From: the human T2T-CHM13v2.0 reference genome, Homo sapiens
Length of the DNA: 64,000 nucleotides
Reading direction: 5' to 3' (one strand)
NCBI RefSeq assembly: GCF_009914755.1
Contig: NC_060935.1
Shown: positions 38,047 to 50,432 of the stretch, piece after piece
Layout of the letters: every line of letters starts with the position of its first letter
How positions within the stretch are numbered: the stretch's first letter is position 1
The notes under the pieces: generated by a model
The model's database searches: none
What the model saw: the letters and a program-made list of their open reading frames with translations, nothing else
What the model was told of the DNA's origin: nothing
Program-made: the position numbers and the translations under genes

Positions 38047-39339
38047 CAGCCAGTTTACTGGCTTTTTGATAAATAATAGATAACTGATTATTTTAAAACT
38101 CATGTGGGTATGGGAGCAATAGGGAGAGAAAAGAGGAGATAAAATACACACGGAAGTTGGCACATGCTCTCCAGGGTTTTGCAGAAACCAGGTGGTAGCC
38201 CCAAAGGAAAATCAATAACCACTGCTTCTATTTGTGGCTCTGTTTCCACAGAAACATGTTTGTGGGTGAATTTGGAAGGCAGATTTACAATGCCAAAACA
38301 ATCAGTCCAAAAAGAAGAAAAAATTCCAGTCAAATAAACTTTTTTACTATAGTAACAAATGTTTTTTACTAACATTTTTTCCATTTAATTAACTGAATTT
38401 AAAGAGGTGTTATCAAATAAGCTCAGCCATGCTCCTGTAAGCACAATAATATTGAAATGTGGGGGCAATATTAGCTTCAGTGTAAATGGAATATGTGGAA
38501 GGTTGTTGGAAAATACTTGGCTGGCCGGTCAAGTCGAACCTATTTTCAAGAATAACAAATATAGTCAAACTTAACTTTAGAGAGCTGTGATAGTGAGGTT
38601 ACCACCACTAATTAAAAGGAAAAAAAACACTTTTGATTTCTGTCTTCCTCTATCTTAAATGTCATGCCATACATTTTTTAGGCCCTCCATTAAAATGTTC
38701 TTGAAATTATCTGTCAGAATGAGTATTTATATATGACTCCCTACTACAGGCACAATAAAATTCTTTCTAAGACCCATTCATTAGTAAAATGAACAACAGT
38801 ATCAAACTTAGAATACTGAGTGTTTAGAACTTTAATCATTAAAAAATATAAATTTGTGATTGTTCATTTTTAAATACCAGTCAATCTAAGTCTCTAAAGG
38901 CAATGTTATCCTCATATATTAGAAGGGTGCTTTAGCATTGAGTCTCAGATCCGTATCTTCCTAAATTCTCCTAACTTGTGAGTTTCCCTAGACTCTGGAG
39001 TGGTGATGAGCCTGCAAGAGTTGTAGAGAAGAGAGCAGGAGGATGAAGGTAACATCATTGGCCTCAGCTGTGACATCTGTGAGAGATGTGAAGAAAAATG
39101 AAATTGAGATCTAGGTAGATTTTTATATTTACAAGGAAATCTCATTCTTGTCATAACACTCCAAAATCTCCATAAATTATATAGATTAATCAAGTTTATT
39201 TTGTTTCTCACTTCTTAAATCAGATCCTCCCCTTTTCCTTATATTCTACTATCTTATCTGAAATGAGCATTGCTAGTTTCTTACCTACCATCCTTTACTC
39301 CCTTCTCCCTTAGAAAAAACATCCCAAATTGAATGGCCA

Positions 39340-39955
39340 TCATTTCTATTGACATTACTCTAAATGCCTCCTTAAAGCACCTTTCTGCTTCTACTCTAAT
39401 TCCTTAAGTTCTTTCTCCTCACCTCACATCAGAGTTACCTTTGTAAACTTTAATCATATCAATTCCACATTTAGATGAATTCCCCTGGTATTGGGATCAA
39501 CACCCAACCTCCTGACAGAGCCTCACAAGGTTCTAAGTAACCAGACAATGCCTCAGTCTCTGACTTCAGCAATCTTCACTCTTACCGGAGACCAATCACA
39601 ATGGCCTTTCAGCTCTTTAAATACACCAAGCTCTATCTACCCTCAGAACCCCTGTCCTTACTGTTCCTTCTGCCTGGTAGGCCTGACCTAAGTTCTTTCC
39701 ATGACTGGCTCCTCCTTATCATTCAAGTCACAGGCAGATGTCACAGGCCTTTCCTGCCTACCTAATCTAAAAGACCCCCACTGCCCAGTCACCATCACAG
39801 CATCCTGTTTAACGACATTCATGCCATTGATCATTATGTGGAATGCTCATATTATTTGTTTAGTTTGTCTAAACTAGAAGCTTTTTAAGGGCAGAAGGGC
39901 TTTCACTACTCTACTTCCAGAGCTTAGTAAGTGTTCAGTAAATATTTGCTAGATA
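39340..39955 (+). mobile_element. L2 3' fragment
   Basis: tactgttccttctgcctgg..catgactggctcc..gtgttcagtaaatatttg. Confidence 0.6.
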
Positions 39956-41672
39956 AAAGGAGGGAAAGGAGGAGAGAAGGAAAGAGACAAGAGAAGGAGG
40001 GAGGGAAGGAAGAAAGGAGGGGATTTAGTTAGGAACTTCAGTTGCTCTCCATCTATAAGTAATCAATATACATTATAAGATTTAGCAAGCCCACTAGCTG
40101 AGGAATACGAAACTACATTAGTATCTTAAAAATATAATGAAAGAGACACCTGAAATAAAATTTTAAAAGCACGTAATTTTAAACTCAGCGATGACATAAC
40201 CTATTTCTAATGATTGCACTGCTTTCCTTCAATGTTGTACCCTACCTGGAAAAAATTGTTCATAAGTAAAGTAACTGGATGGTTAAAAAGTAGGATTAGA
40301 CAATAGATGCTGGGTTACTCAGCACAGTTCTTGCACAAAGAATCTGACAAATCTCAACAACTATTAAAGTGTTTTAGATTATATCTTGTTGTCAACAGAT
40401 TTTCTGAATAGGCACTTGGCTCTCCCATTTACAATAAGAGCAAAAGAATGAGTCACCTAGCATTGGGTCCATATGCAATGTTTGATACTATGTTCTCTGA
40501 ACCTTGGCAGTATATTTGCTTCCCCTTAATAATGATAGTAGCACTTTCTCCAGCTGTCAGCCAGCCATGCCTGCTAGGCCTTTATTTCCTTTCTATAAAG
40601 CTCTCTTTTATTGCAGCTTCACATATGCATCTGATTTGGTCTCTGCTCTGTGTGGCTGCCAATGTGTGGAATCTGTTTGATCTTGACGAAACTATAGGAG
40701 TAGGGATAGAAATTTAACAGAATCTCACAGACATTCTTTTTCCCCTTCAATTGGGTTGGGTACCTTGAAGATAAAAAATAAAGAAGCATTATTTTCAGGC
40801 TGATTCCTAGAGAAAACTTCATGTGAACTCAATAGCTAATAAAAGGCACATAATGGACTATAAAACCTTTCAATTATAAATATGTATTTAACAAAAGTTT
40901 AGAATAAAATGTAACAAAAAAAGCAGGTGCCGACAGAGGCAGAAAATAAATTACCTAATCACTCCTAAACTCTTAGAGCAAGCCACTTATCTACTCCTTG
41001 CAATATGAAATTTCCATGGAGAAAAGATACAAAGATTCACATTAAACCAAAGTTCGGAACCTGATTGAACTTTAGTTTTACAGTTTCATATTTTCCTGAT
41101 ATTTTTGTGGTCTATGTTTATAAGCTTAGGAAAGCCTATCATGAAATGAGGCATAAGCAAGAAAAAAAGTTTCCATCATACACTAAAAGCCAAAAAGAGA
41201 AAAGGTGATGGAATAGGGAAGTGGAATTTAGAGGAAGGTTAATTCTCTTGGAATTCAAAAAGCACAATATTTCATTGTGATAAATAGCTCTTTCCCCAAT
41301 AAATGGGGTGTAATGGTAAATCTTTCAGTTGTGGGCAAAAGTTACAAATGAATCATGCTGTTATAGGGGAGCCTATCTGGCAATTCATACTTAGATTCAA
41401 AGAGCATTTACTATATGCCAAGTGCTCTGCCTGGCAGTGCCTTATGTTACCTTACTTATTTTTCACAATTACGGTATAGAGAAAGTATCATGGTCAGCTT
41501 TTGTCATATGAGAAAACGGATGCTCAGTGAACTGAATTCACTTGTGCTTAGTTGCACAGCTTAAAATGGCAGCTCTGGAAGTCACACCTATATTTTCTAG
41601 ATTCCAAGTTATTTGACAGACAAGCTCAGAACTGTCAGAAGAGAGAAATGAATCCTGGAAAGCGGAAAGTCA

Positions 41673-42296
<624 letters not shown>

Positions 42297-43412
42297 TTAA
42301 AGGGTTTCCGACTCCTGAGAAAAACTGTAAACACCATTTATAATCTATCTTGCTCTGCTGCCTCAGCTTATCATCCTGCCCCTAAATGTGGGTAATCCCC
42401 AAGGCTCTGCCCTCATCTCCTTTTGTTACTTTCTTCCTCAGGGATATCATCGTCTCTGTAGGTCACCCATGTAAAGACAACTCCCAGATGATACAACTAG
42501 CCTTGATCTCCCATGGGACCTCCAATCACATCATGTCCAAATGCTGGACATTTTCACCAGCATATTATAACCTCCTCTCAAACTCAATACTTGTAAAAGA
42601 AGGAATGCCTCTTCTCCCACTTTGGCACTCAAACTTCTCTTCCTCCTGCTACTCCTATTTCTATCTACGACAAATCATCCATCCAAGCCCCTGGATACAA
42701 AATTCAACAGCATCATTTTTTTTCCCTTTTTCTTAACCTTCACATTTTTCACTGGGTTGTATTGATTCTATCTTTTAAATCTCTTACATTTATACCTTTA
42801 TTCTCTTATAGATATTAAAGAATAATGTTTTTTAAAACTATATAATTAAGACTCATGTAATTAAACAAACACATGTTAAATATTGTAACTCTTTAATTAA
42901 CAAAGAACCAGTAAGCTATTCCAATCAAAGAACCACCCATATATAAGCAATAAGAAATGCTAACATGAATTTATAAATAGATGTAAATAATTTATAAGTA
43001 GATATAAAACTGGTTTACTACATCAGTAGCGGGGGAAGGAAAATGAATTGTTCCTACAGCAGACAGATCTCATTTGCATGTCTATAAAGAAGATTAATTT
43101 GTATTGCAATCAGTTAACCACAACTTACATTGTAAATCCTTGGAAAACAACTCACAGGCAATGAAAGAGAAAAACCTCATAGATTCAAATAAACTGGCAG
43201 AGTGCTCACTAGAAAAGACCTACTTTATCAGCTGAAAGCACCTAGTAATCTTTTTCGTTCATTTCAAGGCCTTTCGCACATTTTCTTGGTTCAGGTGTTA
43301 GTCCTTCATTTTGGACTTTAGAACGTGACATGTGGATTATTACAATAGCTTCTAACTCTTCTCCCTGCATTTATCCTCTGAATGAGTTGGCCTTAACACT
43401 CAGCTTGACTAA

Positions 43413-43754
<342 letters not shown>

Positions 43755-43857
43755 CTAGACAAGTTTATTTCTAACTTTAGGCCTCTGTCCTCCCTTTTCT
43801 TAGAGCATTTACTTCAGAAAACTTGCACTTGTAAATTCTTTCTCTGCCTTTTAGATG

Positions 43858-44289
43858 TGGTAAAAGAAAAACTGCAGCTGAATTAAATTTAAAGGAGTTT
43901 AATTGAGCAATGAATGATTTGTGAATTGGGCAGCCCCCAGAATCACAGCTGATTCAGAGAGACTCCAGGGATGCCTCATGATTAGAACAAATTTATAGAC
44001 AAAAAAAGAAAAGTGATGTACAGAAATCAGAAGTGAGGTTCAGAAACAGCTGGATTGGTTACAGGTTGGCATTTACCTTATTTGAACACAGTTTGAACAC
44101 TCCACGCTGTATGAGTGGTTGACGTATGGCTGCTGGGATTGGCCAAGGCCCAGCCACTGTTACAGGCACACACTCCCAAGTTAGGTTCTCAATCTTGTCT
44201 ACCCATTAAGTTAGGTTGCATTTCATTCACGTGGACTCAAATATAGAAATAAGGAGTCCTTCTCTGGCCATATTTAGTTTGCTTTAACA
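43858..44289 (-). mobile_element. MER57-like solo LTR
   Basis: TG..CA ends, 4-bp GATG/GATA TSD, aaggagtttaattgagcaatgaa signature, ATTGG boxes. Confidence 0.75.
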
Positions 44290-44628
44290 GATATAAATCC
44301 TGTATAACCCAGGAATGTCTGAAGGACCTGGGATGGGAAGGACCTGGGAGCCATCCTTTTGAAATGTACTCCTCAAGAAAGATAGCACTCTTATAGTCCG
44401 GTCTCTGTGGAGGGATGGGAGCCTAGCTTTTAAAACAGCCAGTTAGCAATTACAGATATTCTCATCACATTGATCAACCTCTCCACTAACTTCCTTCAGT
44501 ATTTTTCTACTAGTGCATCTCAGTGCTTAAAAACTCTCCCACTTTTCATTCGGCAAAGTTGAATTCAATTTCTCTCCTTATTGTGGTAATCTTGAATAAG
44601 GTCTTCCTGTTTAACTGGTCTGATGCAA

Positions 44629-44936
44629 TTATTATTATTATTATTTTGAGACAGGGTCTTACTCTGTCACCCAGGCTGGAATGCAGTGGCCTTTCAGTGG
44701 TATTTCATCTAACCTCAGCCCCGAACTCCCCGGTTTAAACAATCCTCCCACCTCAGCATCCCAAGTAGCTGGGACTACAGGTGCACACCATCATGCTTTG
44801 CTAATTTTTTAATAAATGTTTTTGTAGAGACAAGGTCTCACCATATTGCCCAGGCTAGCCTTGAACTCCTGGGTTCAAACAATCCCACCTCAGCCACAAA
44901 AAGTACTCAGACAGGTGTGAGCCAGCATACCCGGCC
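44629..44936 (-). mobile_element. AluJ-type element
   Basis: Antisense dimer with (TTA)n tail; highly diverged. Confidence 0.85.
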
Positions 44937-47499
44937 TGAGACATTTTTTCTTTTACATCTCTACCTTGTCCAATCTATCACAAATGCCAAATATTCCTAA
45001 GACACCATTCAACTCATAGCCTTCTCTCCTACCAAAATTGTTACCCACCATCACCACCAAAAGCTCTTGGGCTATAAATAAGACAAATGTGTTTTATTTG
45101 AGCTCTATAACATTAAATAAATTAATCTAGTATTTTCAAGTCAGTAGATTTTACATAAATTTTTTTCTTGAACAATCACAAGAACTGTCAACCCTACAAA
45201 GGTTGCTTTCGAGTCTGGCTATAATCAGCTAAAACTGCATAGTAGAACTCACTGTTAGCAAAGGTTGGTTTTTCACATCCCCCATTCCTATGTCCATGGG
45301 CCCTGTTGCACTTACACCTGGACCTTTTATTTACTCATAACTTGCCTGGCCCCTGTGAGCATTTTCTGTTTTTAAATCCTCCTAGTCAATGGGATAAAAT
45401 CCAAACTCCTAATGTTTCTCTACCAAGTTACTTATATTGACAGCTTTGCCTCCTACTTTGTTTTGCCACTTCAGACTCTTCCCTGCTGCCCTGGAATAGG
45501 TTTTTCTTGGCTTATACTATTCTTTCTATCTGGAATGTACTTGTTTCTCTTGTTTTATTACCCTCATCTTCAGCCATCAAATCCTATTTGAGATTTAGAA
45601 CCCAGCTCATGTGTTGCCTCTTTCAGAAAGTCTCCCCTAACTATCCCAGCTAGACCTAGTCAGTAGTAATTATTGTCCATCCAACTCACAGCAGCCTTTA
45701 TCAAGCCCTGAAGAACAGAACTGTTCTTATTTTTCTGTACACCTACTCCATTCTCCACACTCCCAGCTTTCTAAAGCACAGCAGTTGAAGATGGTTAAAT
45801 TGAATTGTGTCTGTTCTTTCCATCTAAATTGTTTTAGCCTAAAATTAGGGTCAAATATCAAACTTTCTCTTAATCTCTATAGTCTCTGGCCCAAGTAAGT
45901 GAACAAATAGGATACTTCCAAAAACTTAACTTAGAAAAGGTCAAAGATCTGTTGAAGGGATTTTAGGCTCAGAATCCATAGGAGCAAGCAACTAATTGGG
46001 CTCGTCAGGTAGTTACAGATGAATAACTTTAGCATGTACCAGATTTCTTCCCTTTGTATAAACTGTAATAGTAACTTTTCCTGCTCCAAAAGTAGGATGA
46101 TTTAAACAAACATATATATGAATATAGAAAGAAAAACCAGAAGCAGGCCACAGTCTGAAATCTGAAGAAGGCAATTCTCTTTAATCCCTTTGGTTGTGAA
46201 GTGCAGATCCCTGGCAATGGAACCCTTCCACAGGGGAACATCTTAAGTATTTTATTTGTTTGTTTTCAGTGGCTTATAGCAACACAAAGTTATTATCCCA
46301 TGGTTTCTGTGGGCCTAGAACCCAGTGCAGATTAGCAGGATGCTTTGTCTCTGGGTCTCTGACAAGGCTACATTCAAGGGTCAACTGGGGATGGATTCAT
46401 TTCTAAGCTCACTCCAGTAGTTGGCAAGATTCATTTTTCTCACACAAGTTTTGAACTGAAGGCTTCAGTTCCTCAGGAGCTATTGGCCACAATAGGTCTC
46501 ATCTAAGAAGTGTCCACTCAAAGACAATTCCATTTCAGCACAGGTACTCTCAGACCATCTGAAAGACAAAAAGATCAAGTCACAGCAAGGTCAAATCACT
46601 TGTTCAAGGGCACATAAAGGTTCAAGGAGTCAGGGCTGAAATTAGACTCCTGACTGCCCAAGGATGCGGTAGGAGAGAGGTGGCTGCAGGGAGACTGTTG
46701 GGCACCAGGGAATTTACAACCAATTCTATAAGTGGAGCCCAAATAGGAAACAGGAAAAAAAATGACTCACATAGATATACATATCCAAAATGGGACAACA
46801 GGAAATACATTACTGTAAGGAAAATGGCTGTGCTTTGGTCAAGGAATAGGCCGAAGTGGGCATCCTGGCCAGAGTGACTCAGAGAGTTTGCAGTGCATGT
46901 GCACAATTCCATGTATAATGTAAACACAGCTGTGTAGCCATAACATGGGAAGGCCATCCCTTGGCTATGCCACTATTGTCTATAAAAGGTATAATTGCCC
47001 TGCTGACACTATATAGGCATGTGCCCAGAGAAAGAGAGAGAGCCAGAGCTGTTCACCTTTGCAGACAGAAAGGAGGGAGCCAGGACACAGCTCAGCTTGC
47101 TGGTGCCCAGAGAAAGAGAAAGAGAGTCAGATACGTCCATCTTTACAGATGGACGGAGGGCAGCCAGGACACAGCTCAGCTCACTCATGCCCAGAGAGAG
47201 AAAGAGTTAAGCTGCTTACCCTGAAGGCAAGGGAGAGCCAGCCTCATAGTTGTGTGTGGGAGCCGCCAGATTAAGCAGCTGAGACAGGACAGACAGAGCT
47301 GTTGATGAGAGATGCTGCTGAATAAAGCCATATTTCACCTAACTATGCCCCCTGCACCCCCCGCCACGAGTGTTCTTTCAGATTTCTTCTCATCCACCCA
47401 CTCCCTTCGGACCTCAACATGACATTGGTGTAGTCGTGAACCTGACAATTGGTGACGTCAACAGGATAAGGTGAGTGGGTCTTCAGCTCCCAGTCTGCT

Positions 47500-48880
47500 A
47501 TGTGACTGCAGCATGGGCTGTGGTACCTGGTGGCAGTGGTGCTGCTTGGAAGAGCCCCAGTGGAAACATGAGAGGCAGTGGACAGGTCTCCAGCAAGTGT
47601 GGAGAAGGCACTGAAGCAGCTGGAAGCTCACAGCACCAAGGAGCACACCTTCGCCAGCAGAGTCAGATGGGCGTTTCTGACTGCACTACGCGAAGTACAT
47701 GCTCAGTCCCTGTGGGAGATAGCACAGGTAAGGGACCTCCAGGCACAAGTTGAGCACCCAGGGACCCAAATGCACAGCTTGGAGCAAAACCTTGGGGTGA
47801 AGGACCTCCAGGTGCAAGCAGGGTGCTTAGAGACCCAGATAAACAGCCTGGAGTCAGAAACAGTTGTCAGCGAGACTTTGAGCCCAACCTCCAGGCGGGA
47901 CACTCCCACTCAGTCTGATGCTGTTGCTGAGGAGGAAGAGGAGGCTCCTCTGCTATGGGCTCATCCTGTGATCCGTCAGAAGGTAGAAGATGAGCAGCTG
48001 ATGGGACCCCAGGGGAGAGCCCAGGGACTCCCCCACAGTGGTGAAACACACCTCTTATAGTGCTTATACCCCCACTGAGTTGCAGGAGTTAGGTAAGCAA
48101 TGCAGGCAGCACCCAGGGGAGCGCCTCCCAGCCTAGTTACTCCATCTTTGGGATGAGGTTTTCTTGCTACACTTCTGAGATGGAGAAGCTGGCTTCTATC
48201 ACAACTCGCCCCTCCCTTTATCAGCAGCTGCAGCTGTGCTGACAGTTGGCACAAGGGCAAGGTGACCACATGTTAATTGAGTGGCTGATGGCAGCCATAC
48301 GGACTGTTTGGAATGATGCTGCAGAGATAATAGAAATTGTGAGTAGATGGCAATCATATACTGATTTGGTGCAGGTACTCCAGGAGATGGGTATGTGGCA
48401 GGCTATGTTTGATCTGAATACCCAGGGGCTGAATGATGAACATTTTACCTCCCACATGAGGGATCTTGTGCTGGGCTCAGCGCCCCTGAGTGCTTTTGGC
48501 TCTCTAGCTGCTGTTCACTCCGTATGTGGGGTGCCACATACATGAAGTGACTACTGCTATGGCAGCCCTCAGGGAAGCAGAAGGCCTTTGGCAGGACTGG
48601 GGAACCCATGCGATAAAGAAGGGGAAGGTGTCCCCTCTGCAGGTAACCACCCCAGGAGATCAACAGGGGCCCCAGCGGGTGACCCATGTGCAGATGTGGA
48701 TTGATTTAATTGCAGCTGGGGTTGCTTGGGAGAAAACTGACAGGCAACCCAATGGGATGCCGTTGGCTCTGTGGAGGCAACTGTCCGCAGAGCAGCAATT
48801 CCAGAAAATGTCCGAAAGGGGGCAAAATACTCTTGATCAACCCAGCCCCACCCAGATGCTGTACTCAAGGACTGTTTGCT
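47500..48880 (+). pseudogene. Disrupted ERVL-type gag
   Basis: Frame-broken fragments: SPASVEKALKQLE, LIEWLMAAIRTVW, QMWIDLIAAGV. Confidence 0.75.
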
Positions 48881-48947
48881 GACGGCCAAAGAGACCAGAC
48901 CCTTCCTTTGACAGGGAACTGGCCAAGGTGCCCAGCAGAGGCCACGT

Positions 48948-49290
48948 GTGGAACTGGCAATCCATTGGCCTCCCACCAATGTACAGTGGGTCCTAGCACT
49001 GGTAGATACTGGTGCAGACTGCAGCTTTGTTTATGGAAATCCGGGTAAGTTTCCGGGCAAAGCTGCATTCATTGATGGTTATGGGGGCCAGTTGGTGAAA
49101 GTGAAACCTGTGTCTCTGCATCTTAGCAATGGCCACTTGGCTCCGTGCCTGTATACTGTGTATGTTTCTCCTTTACCTGAACATATTCCGGGGGTGGACA
49201 TTTTGCATGGTCTGGACTTACACACCAGGGCCGGAGAATTCGGACTCGGTTTGGGTAGTAAAGCCAGTACTGCGTGGACATACCCGTTAC
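48948..49290 (+). pseudogene. Retroviral aspartyl protease remnant
   Basis: ALVDTGAD catalytic motif, GYGG flap, degenerate ILG-D motif (IPGVDIL). Confidence 0.85.
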
Positions 49291-50134
49291 CAGTCCCATG
49301 TCTTATATAATCATAGCCATGTAGACATAACATAGAGAAGCTCACCGTCTGGCTCTCAGCCACTATTGTTTGTGTGGTGTATAAATGTAACACTGACCCT
49401 GTGAAGGGGATGCTGAATCAAGCCATGTCTCATTTACCTACTGTCTCTTGCGTGTTCTTCCAGCTCCCTGCGCCACATACACCCACTTCCCTCGGCCCTT
49501 AGCTGGGGCTGGAACCTGACCCTTAGCATGATGTTTGGTGTAGTCGTGAACCTGACAATGATGAAATTTGTTTAAAAAAATTACTTACTAAAAGAACTTA
49601 GGCATGATATTTCATGGGTAAATTTTTGTAAAGCTTAAAGAAATAATTTTTATACTTTTCCAGAATTTCCCTCAATTTTTTAAAATAAAGCCAAAAGCAT
49701 ACAAATAACTAAATATAAAATATTTAGCATAGAAAAATAAAACTACAAGCTTACTCACTTATGAATAGTAATGCCAGTTTTTATATATATAAGACCTTAA
49801 AAGAATAATACATTATAACCAAGTGTGTTTCATCCCTGAAAGTCAAAGGTGTGTCTATATTAGGACATTATGGTAGAGATAACCAGCTGTCCACTAAGAA
49901 TTCTTGTCCCATTATCTGTGGTATATTATTTGCTGCTGGAAATCAGCTACCCAAACTGAAACTACATTTCCCAGCTATTCTTGCAACTGGATGTGGCTAT
50001 ATGATTACATTTTAGCCAGTAGAATGTAAGCAAAACTAGCATCTTCAACGTACATCTTGCAAAGAACTGCTGCATGCCCTTATTCCCTTTGAAGTGGTTG
50101 GAATAGAAATGATACCAAGATCTTGGAGCTATTT

Positions 50135-50432
50135 TTTATCTTCAACTTTTATTTTAAGTTTAGGGGTCATGTGCAGGATGTGCAGGTTTGTTACATACGT
50201 AAACATGTGCCATGGTGGACTGCTGCACAAATCATCCCATCACCTAGGTATTAAGCCCAGCAACCATTAGCTATTTTTCCTGATGCTCTTCCTCCCTCCA
50301 ACCACCCCGCCAACAAGCCCCAGTGTGTGTTGTTCCCCCCATGTGTCCATGTATTCTCGTCATTCAGCTCCCACTTATAAATGAGAACATGGGGTGTTTG
50401 GTTTTCCGTTCCTGTGTTAGTTTGCTGAAGAC
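50135..50432 (-). mobile_element. Short L1PA 3' end inserted in an MLT LTR (about 49870-50605)
   Basis: L1 3'UTR; flanking duplication ggagctat(t/a)ttt. Confidence 0.8.

Larger units (their letters stand above)
46814..49557 (+). mobile_element. Deleted class III provirus (HERVL18/HERV-S-like; LTR18-family LTRs)
   Basis: 5' LTR at 46814-47447 (TG..CA, TATAAAA, AATAAA), PBS-like site, gag and protease remnants, partial 3' LTR at about 49295-49557 ending in the same tggtgtagtcgtgaacctgaca. Confidence 0.85.

Noticed and set aside
47021-47210. CRISPR-like or novel repeat array
   Set aside because: Ordinary LTR-internal tandem duplication without unique spacers, in eukaryotic DNA.
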